Shown: positions 1 to 8,882, numbered from the stretch's first letter. The stretch: DNA of 64,000 bases from an uncultured Chloroflexia bacterium (GCA_963766655.1 CAVYBB010000001.1:260474-324473); one strand, 5' to 3'. The notes: generated by a model not told the origin, from the letters alone. Program-made: numbers and translations.

Positions 1-43
1 GTCGATGACCCGACAGTGGGCGGGAGAGGAGAACGGCGTCCGG

Positions 44-289
44 TCAGGCGGCGTGTCCGGCGGTCCCTCCATGGGTGTCGCCGGCCGTTCCGGAGACGGC
101 TTCGCCGATGCCGATCAGCCAGTGCCCGAGGCGGGCTCGGGCCCGTCGGCCGCCGACGCCAGGCGTGACGCCGCCGGCATCGCGGTCGCGCGCCCGGTGC
201 GCTGCCGAGCGCTCGGTTCGAAGCGATTGGGCCTCGCGGTTCAGGTCGTCAATTCGTTCGCTGACGATCACCTGCTGCACGTGATCCAT
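44..289 (-). CDS. small hypothetical protein (81 aa), basic helical N-half then RARLGHWLIGIGEAVSG-type segment
   Basis: ATG at 289 with GAGGAG about 10 nt upstream. Co-oriented with and 127 nt downstream of the ArsR-type gene. High GC3. No family recognised. Confidence 0.4.
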   Translation of the reverse strand: MDHVQQVIVSERIDDLNREAQSLRTERSAAHRARDRDAGGVTPGVGGRRARARLGHWLIGIGEAVSGTAGDTHGGTAGHAA

Positions 290-332
290 GGTTCCCGTCT
301 CCTCTGGCTCGTGATGTCCGAGTCTGCCTTTT

Positions 333-350
333 GTTAGGTGGATATCTAAC
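333..350. promoter_or_regulatory. operator-like 18-bp site GTTAGGTGGATATCTAAC (GTTAG/CTAAC inverted half-sites)
   Basis: Near-identical to GTTAGACGGAAATCTAAC at 1553-1570. Lies about 45 nt upstream of the small ORF start on the minus strand. Confidence 0.4.
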
Positions 351-366
351 TCATCGCCCTGGATAC

Positions 367-390
367 GGGTCGCGGCGCTGACCGCGACCC
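367..390 (-). other. perfect 9-bp stem-loop GGGTCGCGG-N6-CCGCGACCC between the ArsR-type gene and the small ORF
   Basis: Read directly from the sequence. No U-tract follows, so terminator function is not supported. Confidence 0.3.
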
Positions 391-416
391 TGGTGCCGCC
401 CGGGCAGGCGTCTCGG

Positions 417-1526
417 CTATCCGATGAGGAACCGCTTGATGTCCGCCGAGGCGTCGTCGAGACGGTTTCGGCGGAGCGAGTAGTAGATGACCGTCCCCGA
501 TTCGGTGACCGTGACGAGCCCGGCCGACCGGAGGAGGGCGAGGTGGTGCTTGATCGTCGGTTTCGAGAAGTCGAGCTGCTGTGCGATCTCTGTCAGGTAG
601 AGGTCTCGACCGGCGAGGAGCTTCAGGATCTTCAGGCGGGTCTCGTCGCCAAGGGCTCGGTGGAGGCGGACGACCGACTGCGGGGCGGCGAGGGGATCGG
701 CCGCTTCGAGCGACTCGTCCGAGACCGGATACCCGAACAAGCGGAAGTCACGGGCGGACATCAGGTAGTTGTACGGCCGGGAGAAGTACGACGGCGCGAG
801 GATCACGCGCTTGACGCCGCCCTCCGGCAGCCAGCGGATGCCATTCGTGGTTCGCTCGATGAGATCGACCGGAGCCAGGGTCGCCCTGTCCGCGGCGCGG
901 GATTCGTAGTCCCGCTCGATGATCCCGCCGATCCGGGACTCGATCGGCGTGAACCGCTCGGCCCAGGCGGCCAGAACGCTGCGCAGGTCCGCGAGGGTCC
1001 CCTCCGGATCGCGCAGGATCGCGAGGCGCTCCTCCTTCATGTGGTCCGGCAGAAGCTCACCGAGCGCCGGCAATGCCGAGGTGTCGCCTGCCACCGCGCG
1101 AGCGACGAGACCGGTGAGTGCCGGTTCGCCCGAGCTGTCCTCGAACAGCGCCCGGACGACCTCGCCGGGCTCGCTGGATGCGATTGCGGCGACGACATCG
1201 TCGGCGGTCCGGATCGCCGGACGATCGACGATCACGACCGCTGCGTGGACGCAGACCTCCGCCTCGAACAGGCGCGTCGCGGCGGCCCCGACGTCGGCCG
1301 GCAGCGAGGTCCTGGTCTCAGCCAGCCACGTTCGATCGACGGCCGGCAGATCGTCGGTCGACCCGGCGTCCGCGGACAGACTGAAGATGAAGTCGTATGC
1401 GGGACGGACGTCCCAGTCGATCCTGAACGACGCCGCTCCGCGCGTGAGATCGCGGACGGGAGCGCGGACAGGAACGTCCCGCATCTGCCGCTCGCGGAGG
1501 TGGCGCGTCGCCGGTCGGGCTGCCAT
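417..1526 (-). CDS. ArsR-family winged-helix transcriptional regulator with a long N-terminal domain of unknown function
   Basis: C-terminal HTH LKILKLLAGRDLYLTEIAQQLDFSKPTIKHHLALLRSAGLV. ATG at 1526 with AGGAGA upstream. 369 aa intact ORF. Confidence 0.85.
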   Translation of the reverse strand: MAARPATRHLRERQMRDVPVRAPVRDLTRGAASFRIDWDVRPAYDFIFSLSADAGSTDDLPAVDRTWLAETRTSLPADVGAAATRLFEAEVCVHAAVVIVDRPAIRTADDVVAAIASSEPGEVVRALFEDSSGEPALTGLVARAVAGDTSALPALGELLPDHMKEERLAILRDPEGTLADLRSVLAAWAERFTPIESRIGGIIERDYESRAADRATLAPVDLIERTTNGIRWLPEGGVKRVILAPSYFSRPYNYLMSARDFRLFGYPVSDESLEAADPLAAPQSVVRLHRALGDETRLKILKLLAGRDLYLTEIAQQLDFSKPTIKHHLALLRSAGLVTVTESGTVIYYSLRRNRLDDASADIKRFLIG

Positions 1527-1543
1527 CGCTGCTCTGTGTTCTC

Positions 1544-1570
1544 CTAACTGGTGTTAGACGGAAATCTAAC
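1544..1570. promoter_or_regulatory. operator-like cluster: CTAAC-N5-GTTAG overlapping GTTAGACGGAAATCTAAC
   Basis: Three GTTAG/CTAAC half-sites in the 5' leader of the ArsR-type gene. Second copy of the 18-nt site at 333-350. Confidence 0.4.
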
Positions 1571-1631
1571 GCCGCGGTGCATCGCATGTCAAGAGGCGAA
1601 TCGTCGCGCCCTCGATGCCGACGCGCGCCCG

Positions 1632-1687
1632 GGCCCGCCGCGCCGAGTCCCGCCGCACGCCGCCCGGCCCGCCGCGCCGAGTCCCGC
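1632..1687. repeat. 22-bp perfect direct repeat GGCCCGCCGCGCCGAGTCCCGC x2 (34-bp period)
   Basis: Read directly at 1632-1653 and 1666-1687. Confidence 0.8.
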
Positions 1688-1688
1688 A

Positions 1689-1846
1689 GGTTTCCTCCCG
1701 GAGTGAACGCCAGGTGCTCAGCGGTCTCGTTCGGCCCGGCGAGCGCCGCGGATTTCTCCCGCGAGAGGAAAACGGGGCAGCTGGGGCAGTGTGGGGCCCG
1801 CAGATCCCTGCCCTGGCCCGGCTCATGTTCTCTACGGGAGGAAAGC
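1689..1846 (+). repeat. about 158-bp intergenic element bounded by imperfect 21-nt inverted repeats (copy A)
   Basis: Left arm GGTTTCCTCCCGGAGTGAACG (1689-1709). Right arm TGTTCTCTACGGGAGGAAAGC (1826-1846). Same block order as the copy at 55358-55528. Confidence 0.6.
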
Positions 1847-2059
1847 TGCATCGCTCAGGGCCGGCGGGGCGGGGTCGACGTGGCGCGGGACCACGCGAGG
1901 CGAGACCGGCGAGGCGGGGTCGCACGCGACGCGAGGTCGCACGCGGCGGGGTCGAGCGGAGGCGACCGGGGTCGCACACGACGGGGTCGAGGCGGCTCAT
2001 CGGCCCGTGCAACTACAATCCGTGTCCGACCCCCAGATCCGACCGAGGAGCCTTCCCGC

Positions 2060-3392
2060 ATGCCGATCCCGACCGTGTCGTTCACCGATGAGCGCCTGCC
2101 GAACGGTCTCCGGTTGATCATCGCGGAGGACCACCTCGCGCCCGTCGTCGCCGTCAACATCTGGTACAACGTCGGCTCGAAGCACGAGGTCCCCGGCAAG
2201 ACCGGGTTCGCCCATCTGTTCGAGCACGTGATGTTCCAGGGCTCCCGGAACGTCGCCAAGGCCGAGCACATCGCGCTGATCCAGGCGGCCGGCGGGACGA
2301 TGAACGGGACGACCTGGCTTGACCGGACGAACTACTTCGAGACGATGCCGTCGCACCAGCTCGAGATCGCGCTCTGGCTCGAGGCCGACCGGATGGGCAC
2401 GCTCCTCGACGCGCTCAGCCAGGAGAACCTCGACAACCAGCGCGAGGTCGTGAAGAACGAGAAGCGCTGGTCGTACGACAACCGCCCGTACGGCTCGTGG
2501 AACGAGAAGCTCCAGGCTCACCTGTTCCCGCCGGAGCATCCCTACCACCACACGACGATCGGGTCGATGGAGGACCTTGACGCCGCGTCGGTCGAGGATG
2601 TCAGCCAGTTCTTCCGGACCTACTACGCGCCGAACAACGCCGTTCTCTCGGTCGTCGGCGACGTCGACCCGTCCGCCGTCCGTGGCTGGGTGTCGCGCTA
2701 CTTCGGGGCGATCCCTGCGAACCCGTCGATCCCGCCGCTGGGTGACCTGTCGCTCCCACCGCTCCTCGGGGCCGAGCGACGCGAGACCGTCATGGACAAG
2801 GTGCCGCTGCCGCGCGTCTACGTGGGCTTCCGCGCACCGGCATTCGGCGACACCCGCCTCGACGCGCTCGACATCGCGTCGCAGGTCCTGGCCGGCGGCA
2901 AGGGCAGCCGGCTCCACCGCCGGCTCGTCCGCGACGAGCGGATCGCCCAGGACGTGGCCCTGTTCACGCTCGGCTTCGTCGGCGGCGCCTCGGTTGCCGC
3001 CGGCTGGGCGACGGTCCGGCCCGGCGTCGAGGTCAGCCGCGTCGAGGCCGCCCTCCACGAGGAGCTGGAGCGGATCGGGCGAGAGCCCGTGACCGCGGAT
3101 GAGCTGGAGCGCGCCAAGGCCCTGATCGAGAGCGACGAGCTCGGCGCCGCTCGGCCGGGTCGAGGAGAGGGCCGATCGCCTGTCGATGTACGCGACGCTG
3201 TTCGACGATCCCGGGCTCATCAATCGCATGCTTCCGCGCTACCTGGCGGTGACGGCCGCGGACATCCAGTCGGCCGCGTCGGCCGTGTTCCGCACCGACA
3301 ACCGGGTCGTCCTCACCTATCTGCCGGAGCGGCCGCCGGCCGACTCGATGACCGTCGATCCGGACGCCGTCTCGGCGGAGGTCGCAGCGTGA
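2060..3392 (+). CDS. M16-family (pitrilysin/insulinase-like) zinc peptidase, active-type subunit; one frame break near 3149
   Basis: HLFEH (HxxEH) motif. GAGGAG 10 nt before ATG 2060. The C-terminus continues in the frame of ORF 3186..3392 (LGRVEERADRLSMYATLFDDPG). Confidence 0.8.
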
Positions 3393-4927
3393 CCGAGCCG
3401 ACCGCGGCGATCGTCGCCACCCGCCCGACGCCCGGCACGCCACGCCCGTACGAGTTCCCGGCGGTCGAGCGGTTCCACCTCTCAAACGGCCTCCGCGTCA
3501 TCGTCGCGAACCTGCCGGGGCGGCCCCTCGTCTCGACCTCGCTCGTGCTGCGGAACGGGGCGTCCGACGAGCCGGCGGCGCACGGCGGCGCGACCGTCCT
3601 GGCGGCCCGCGCGCTCTCCGAGGGCACCGAGCACTTGGATGCGATCGCCCTCGTCGAGGCCAGCGAACGCCTGGGGGCGTCCCTCCACGCGGACGCGGGC
3701 TGGGACGCGATGAGCGTCAGCGTCGACGTTCCGGCGCCGCGCCTCGAGCAGGCGATGGACCTCCTCGCCGAGGTGGTCCTCCACCCGACGTTCCCGGAAT
3801 CGGAGGTCGATCGCCTCCGCGACGAGCGCCTCAACGATCTCCTCCAGGCCAGGGCGGACCCGCGCCGCCGCGCCGACGAGGCGTTCTCCGCGACGATCTA
3901 CGAAGCGTCGTCGCCGTACCACCGCCCGTCCGGCGGGACGCGCGAGACCGTGGCCGAGCTGACCCCGGCTCGTCTCCGGGCCGCCTACGAGCGGGGCCTC
4001 GACCCGGCCCGTGCCGCCCTCATCGTCGGGGGCGACCTGGCGGGGCTCGATGTCCACGCGATCGCCGAACGGCTCTTCGGGGGATGGGGGCCCATGGTCG
4101 GAGCCGGGTCGACCGGCCGGATCGTCGACGCCGGTGCCGTCCGTCAGCGCTTCGTCCGGGTGCTCCACCGGCCGGGCGCCGTCCAGACAGAGATCCGGAT
4201 CGGCCACGTCGGCGCTCCGCGCAGGATCGACGACTTCCACGCCGTCTCGGTCATGAGCGCGATCCTCGGCGGGTTGTTCAACTCCCGGTTGAACATGAAG
4301 CTCCGCGAGGAGAAGGGCTACACCTACGGCGCGGGCGCCGGTTTCGACCTGCGCCGCGCAGCCGGGCCGTTCGGGGCGCGGGCCGCGGTGAACACCGAGG
4401 TGACGGTGCCGGCCGTCGCCGACTTCCTGGCCGAGCTGGATCGGATCCGCGACGCGCCGGTGGCCGATTCGGAGTTGCGCGCGGCGCGCGATTTCCTCGT
4501 CGGCGTCTTCCCGCTCCGGTTCGAGACGCCCGGCCCGATCGTGGGCGCGTTGTCCGGCCTCGTCATCCACGAGCTGCCGGAGGACGAGCTCGCCCGCTAC
4601 CGGCCGGCCATCGAGGCCGTAACGATCGAGGACGTCCAGAAGGCTGCCCTGGAGCGGATCTGGCCGGACAGGTCGGCGATCCTGCTCGTCGGCGACGTGG
4701 AAGCGTTCGGGGCCGACCTGGAGGCCGCGGGCTTCGGTCCGGTCAGCGTGGAGCGCGAAACGGGCCCGGTCGAGGAGGGGAGGGACGTCGACCCGGTCAC
4801 GCTTGCTGGCCCGATCGATGCCGGCCCGGAGGGCCCGACCGAGGGTGCCGAGGACCCGGCACCGGAGGGGTCGGACGGCCTTGCGGAGCCGCTGACCGCG
4901 CCGACCGACGACGACGACGCCCGCTGA
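3389..4927 (+). CDS. M16-family peptidase, non-catalytic-type partner subunit (no HxxEH seen) with acidic low-complexity C-tail
   Basis: GTG 3389 overlaps the upstream stop (GTGA). ERFHLSNGLRVIVANLPGRPLVS start is typical of M16. Confidence 0.8.
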   Translation: MTEPTAAIVATRPTPGTPRPYEFPAVERFHLSNGLRVIVANLPGRPLVSTSLVLRNGASDEPAAHGGATVLAARALSEGTEHLDAIALVEASERLGASLHADAGWDAMSVSVDVPAPRLEQAMDLLAEVVLHPTFPESEVDRLRDERLNDLLQARADPRRRADEAFSATIYEASSPYHRPSGGTRETVAELTPARLRAAYERGLDPARAALIVGGDLAGLDVHAIAERLFGGWGPMVGAGSTGRIVDAGAVRQRFVRVLHRPGAVQTEIRIGHVGAPRRIDDFHAVSVMSAILGGLFNSRLNMKLREEKGYTYGAGAGFDLRRAAGPFGARAAVNTEVTVPAVADFLAELDRIRDAPVADSELRAARDFLVGVFPLRFETPGPIVGALSGLVIHELPEDELARYRPAIEAVTIEDVQKAALERIWPDRSAILLVGDVEAFGADLEAAGFGPVSVERETGPVEEGRDVDPVTLAGPIDAGPEGPTEGAEDPAPEGSDGLAEPLTAPTDDDDAR

Positions 4928-4976
4928 ACCCGGCCCCGAACCCGGGGCGGACGCGCCGACGGTCCCTGCCACCGGG

Positions 4977-6219
4977 ATCGCGGGACGGTTCCCGGCGCTC
5001 GCGTCGCCGGTCTACCGGCGCTTCATCGTCGCGGCGTTCATCGGCAGCATCGGCAACTGGATGCAGGCGACCGCCCAGGGCTGGCTCGTCCTCACCCTGA
5101 CCGATTCGCGGTTCGCCCTCGGCGCGACGAGCGCCGCGGCCACCGCCCCGATCCTCCTGCTGTCGGTCTTCGCCGGCGTCCTCGCCGATCGGGTCGACCT
5201 GCGGAAGCTGCTCGCGGCCACCCAGCTGGCCGCCGCCGGCGTCGCCGCCGTCCTTGCCGATCCTGACGATGACCGGAGTCGTCGAGTTCTGGCATGTCCT
5301 CGTGCTGGCCGCGCTGTCGGGGGCCGCCGGCGCTCTCGCTTCGCCCGCGTTCCAGGCGGTCGTGTCGACGATCGTCGATCGATCCACGCGATCGGCAGCG
5401 CCGTCGCCCTCAACTCCGCCCAGTTCAACCTGTCCCGGGTTCTCGGCCCGACGGTTGCCGGGCTCATCATCGCGGCCGGCAGCCTCGTCCTGGCCTTCTG
5501 GGCGAACGCGATCGGCCTGGTCGTCGTTGCGATCCTCATCTTCACGCTGCCGATCGGGCGGGCATCGAGCGCGGCAAGGGTCGAGGCCTCGATGTGGGCC
5601 AACCTGCTCGACGGCGTGCGCTACGTCCGCGCCGAGCGGACGATCGCGATCCTCGTCCTGCTCGCGGCGATCCCGGCCCTGTTCATCCTCAACTACCTGG
5701 TCCTGATGCCGGTCTTCGCCCGCGACATCCTCCGGATCGGTGCTCCCGGACTCGGGTTGTTGAACGCGTCGCTCGGCGTCGGCGCGCTGTCAGGCGCGCT
5801 GCTCGTCGCGACTCTGCGCCCGAGCGGCGGCAGCGGGCGGCTGATGCTGCTCGGCCTGGGCTCGGCGTCCCTGGGCCTCATCGTCTTCGGTCTGTCGACG
5901 TGGCTCCCGATCTCGTGCGTCGCCCTTGCCGCGCTCGGTGCCAGCCAGGTCGCCTACTACGCGACGACGAACACGCTCATCCAGGTCCTCGTCTCGCCGC
6001 GGCTCCGCGGCCGCGTCCTGTCGCTCTACATCCTGACGTCGCTCGGCGTGATCCCGTTCGGGAACCTGGTCGCCGGGGCGATCGCCGAGCGAGTTCGGGC
6101 CCTCGCTCGCGCTGGCGGGTGGTGGCACCGCCACGCTCCTCATCCTGCTCTTCGTCGCATACCGCTTTCCGGAGCTCCGAAGGCTGCGCGTGGAGGATGC
6201 GCCGTCGCAGGGTCGCTGA
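4977..6219 (+). pseudogene. MFS transporter (EntS/MFS_3-like), at least 3 frame changes and no start codon in the N-terminal frame
   Basis: FIGSIGNWMQATAQGWLVL, ALNSAQFNLSRVLGP and several TM stretches. Frame switches near 5255, 5390 and 6095. No ATG/GTG/TTG between the stop at 4893 and 5061. Confidence 0.65.
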
Positions 6220-6288
6220 AACCTTTGCGTGATTGCATGTCTCGATGAGGCAGGGACGACGAACCGTCGAGTCGAGGAGACCTCCAAC

Positions 6289-6786
6289 GTGCGCACTTCC
6301 CATCTCATCGCCCGCAGCATCGCGGCGTCGGCCGTCGTCGTGCTCCTCATTGCCGGCGTCGCATTCGCGGGCGGCGCGCTGACCGTGACGGCGCCGACCG
6401 CCGACCCGACCCAGACCGCCGAGCCGACCGAAACGGCCGAGCCGACCGAAAAAGTGGACCCGACCCAGAACGCCGAGCCGACCGAGACCGCCGAGCCGAC
6501 CGAAACGGCCGACCCGACCCAGAACGCCGAGCCGGCCGAGACCGCCGAGCCGACCGAAACGGCCGACCCGACCGAGACCGCCGAGCCGACCCAGAACGCC
6601 GAGCCGACCGAGACCGCCGAGCCGACCGAAACGGCCGACCCGACCGAGACCGCCGAGCCGACCGAAGATGCCAATGACGATCATGGCGACAATCGCGGAC
6701 CGGGCGGCGACGCCGCCGACGAGAACGGCAATCGCGGACCGGGCGGCGGGGACGATTCCGGCCACGATGACCACGGTCACGGCTGA
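6289..6786 (+). CDS. membrane-anchored or secreted PTET-repeat protein with Asp/His/Gly-rich tail
   Basis: GTG 6289 after GAGGAGA. N-terminal hydrophobic segment IAASAVVVLLIAGVAFA, then (A/D)EPTET repeats, then the DDHGDNRGPGG...HDDHGHG tail. Confidence 0.7.
   Translation: MRTSHLIARSIAASAVVVLLIAGVAFAGGALTVTAPTADPTQTAEPTETAEPTEKVDPTQNAEPTETAEPTETADPTQNAEPAETAEPTETADPTETAEPTQNAEPTETAEPTETADPTETAEPTEDANDDHGDNRGPGGDAADENGNRGPGGGDDSGHDDHGHG
6400..6666 (+). repeat. in-frame tandem repeat, 18-bp units (PTETAE) organised in about 54-bp higher-order units
   Basis: CCGACCGA(A/G)AC(G/C)GCCGA(G/C) units read directly. Confidence 0.85.
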
Positions 6787-6831
6787 CCAGGCCCGCTGGC
6801 CCGCGATCGGTAGACGACGCAGCGACGTACT

Positions 6832-7485
6832 GTGGACCATGGGCGACAGGCAGCGGCCGGACCGCCCATGGTCATCTTCCGTTCTCGCGAGGGCACGACG
6901 TTCACGATTCCTGACCAGACCCCATCGCACGATGTCGCTGGTGACGACCCGGCTGTCGTCGCCCGCGTCATCGCCGGCGACCGCGATGCCTTCAGGATCC
7001 TCGTCGACCGCGAGGGGCCGGCGGTGCTTCGTGCCTGTCACCGGGTCCTCGGCGACCTGCACGAAGCCGAGGATGCGGCCCAGGAGGCATTCGTGACCGC
7101 CTTCCGCGCCCTCGGCACGTGGCGACAGGACGGGCCGTTCGGGGCCTGGCTGACGAGGATCGCCGTTCGGATCGCGATCCGGCGCTCGCAGCAGCGGCGC
7201 ACGGTCACCTGGCTCGACCCGGCGAATCCGGGAGTCGCCGGCGACCTGCATGGCGCGCCGGATCCGGCCACGTTGTCGCTCAACGCCGAGCGGGCCGCGG
7301 ACGTCCGCGACGCTCTCGCGCGTCTCGACGAACCGTACCGCGAGGTCGTCGCATTGCGCTTCTTCGGGGACATGTCACTCGGCGAGATCGCCGATCAGAC
7401 GGGCCGGCCTCTTGGGACGGTCAAGACGCACCTCCACCGCGGCCTGCTCCGGCTGCGTTCATCACTGGAAGGCGGCCGAGCGTGA
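6832..7485 (+). CDS. ECF (sigma-70 group 4) RNA polymerase sigma factor
   Basis: Region 2 (AEDAAQEAFVTAFRAL, WLTRIAVR) and region 4 (EVVALRFFGDMSLGEIADQTGRPLGTVKTHLHRG). The start could be ATG 6868 instead of GTG 6832. Confidence 0.85.
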   Translation: MDHGRQAAAGPPMVIFRSREGTTFTIPDQTPSHDVAGDDPAVVARVIAGDRDAFRILVDREGPAVLRACHRVLGDLHEAEDAAQEAFVTAFRALGTWRQDGPFGAWLTRIAVRIAIRRSQQRRTVTWLDPANPGVAGDLHGAPDPATLSLNAERAADVRDALARLDEPYREVVALRFFGDMSLGEIADQTGRPLGTVKTHLHRGLLRLRSSLEGGRA

Positions 7486-8183
7486 CTGACATCGGGTCGG
7501 GCCATCCCGAAGACGAGGACCGGATCGCGGCCGACATGGCTCGCGAACTCGAGGCTCTCGGCGAGATGCCGGGCCTGCGACCGACCGCGGACTTTGCCGA
7601 CCGAGTCATGCTGGCCATCGAGCGCGAGCCGCTGCCCCAGCCCGCCGTTGCCTTCGGGTCGGCGATACGTCGCGGACGGCTCGGGCTTGCGGTTGCGGCG
7701 ATCGCCGATGCCTGGCGGGTGACGTTCGGCGGGGCACGTCCGTTCGCGGCGCGAGCGCAGGCCCTGGCGCTCGTCCTGGTGGTCGCCGTTGCGGCGATCG
7801 GTGCCGGCGGAGCGGCCGTCGTCGGGGCTGCCGCGTGGCTCACGCCGGATCGGTCGCCCTCGCCGAGTCCCACGGTTCCATCGCCAACCCCATCGCCGTC
7901 GATCACGATCGAGCCGAGTCCGACACCGTCGGTCATTCCGGGCCCGACCGAGCCCCCGACAACCGGCCCGACCGAGACCGCGGATCCGACCGAGACCGCG
8001 GATCCGACCGAGACCGCGGACCCGCCCAGGACGCCGGAGCCGACGGACACAGCCGAGCCGACCGAGACCGCCGAGCCGACCGGGACGCCGGAGGAGTCCG
8101 ACGACCACGGCGGCAGCAGCGGGGAAGACGACAATTCCAGTCCCGGCTCGGACGGACCCGGATCGAGTTCCGGTCACGGTTGA
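7482..8183 (+). CDS. putative anti-sigma factor: cytoplasmic N-domain, one TM, extracytoplasmic PTET-repeat region with Asp/His/Gly tail
   Basis: GTG overlaps the sigma stop (GTGA). TM ALALVLVVAVAAIGAGGAAVV. C-terminal TETADPTETADPTETAD...DDHGGSSGEDD...SSGHG. No HxxxCxxC motif. Confidence 0.6.
   Translation: MTDIGSGHPEDEDRIAADMARELEALGEMPGLRPTADFADRVMLAIEREPLPQPAVAFGSAIRRGRLGLAVAAIADAWRVTFGGARPFAARAQALALVLVVAVAAIGAGGAAVVGAAAWLTPDRSPSPSPTVPSPTPSPSITIEPSPTPSVIPGPTEPPTTGPTETADPTETADPTETADPPRTPEPTDTAEPTETAEPTGTPEESDDHGGSSGEDDNSSPGSDGPGSSSGHG
7966..8088 (+). repeat. in-frame 18-bp tandem repeats (PTETAD/PTETAE) related to those at 6400-6666
   Basis: CCGACCGAGACCGCGGAT x3, then diverged units. 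Confidence 0.8.
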
Positions 8184-8231
8184 GGCCGCGATAGCCGCAC
8201 GCGATGTCTCGGGCCGGGTAGTCTGATCGGC

Positions 8232-8882
8232 GTGATCGTCGTCGTCGGCAACCCGGTCCTGATCGCCGCGGAGCCGCGACCGCGCGCCGGAGGCCTCGCC
8301 GTCGGCGTGGCGGCTGCCGCGGCGGCAGCGGGTGGAGACGTCCAACTCGTCGGGAAGACCGGCGACGACCCGGCCGGCGAGGCGGCACTGCTGGACCTCG
8401 CCGGGCGTGGCGTCGGCCACGTGGCGATCCTCCGCGACCCGAGCGTGCCGACCCCGGTGATACCGGACCCGGGCTCGGCCGAACCGCCCTTTTTCGATGA
8501 GCCGGACGGCGACCCGGTCCCGGCGACGACCGCACCCGCGGGCCCCACGCTCGAACCGGCCGATATCGAGCTCGCCCTTCGCTACCTGCCCGACTATCGG
8601 GTCCTCGTCATCGCCGATCCCGTCTCCGCAGAGTCACTCGAGGTCGTCCTCGTCGCGAGTCGCTGGAGCGGTGCTGCCCTCATCGTCCTGGTCCACGGAT
8701 CCGCGGAGCCTCCGGAGCACATCGCCGACGCGACTGTCCTCCAGGCACCCGACGACGACCCGGATGGAGCGTTCGCCAACGTCATCGGGGCGTACGCGGC
8801 AGCGCTCGATCGCGGGGAGGAGCCGGCCGAGGCCTTCGCCACCGCGTCCACCGCCGCAGGCTGGGCCGCCGTCGCCGAGTGA
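8232..8882 (+). CDS. hypothetical protein, weak PfkB/ribokinase-like fold resemblance without obvious catalytic motifs
   Basis: Intact 216-aa GTG-start ORF with high GC3. VVVGNP...LVGKTGDD...LDLAGRGV pattern. Function not supported. Confidence 0.5.
   Translation: MIVVVGNPVLIAAEPRPRAGGLAVGVAAAAAAAGGDVQLVGKTGDDPAGEAALLDLAGRGVGHVAILRDPSVPTPVIPDPGSAEPPFFDEPDGDPVPATTAPAGPTLEPADIELALRYLPDYRVLVIADPVSAESLEVVLVASRWSGAALIVLVHGSAEPPEHIADATVLQAPDDDPDGAFANVIGAYAAALDRGEEPAEAFATASTAAGWAAVAE

Noticed and set aside
1577-4927. A single 1,116-aa giant peptidase ORF.
   Set aside because: The N-terminal 160 codons are Arg/Pro-rich leader shadow. SD plus ATG at 2060 and GTG at 3389 mark two standard M16 genes. 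The middle segment is out of frame.
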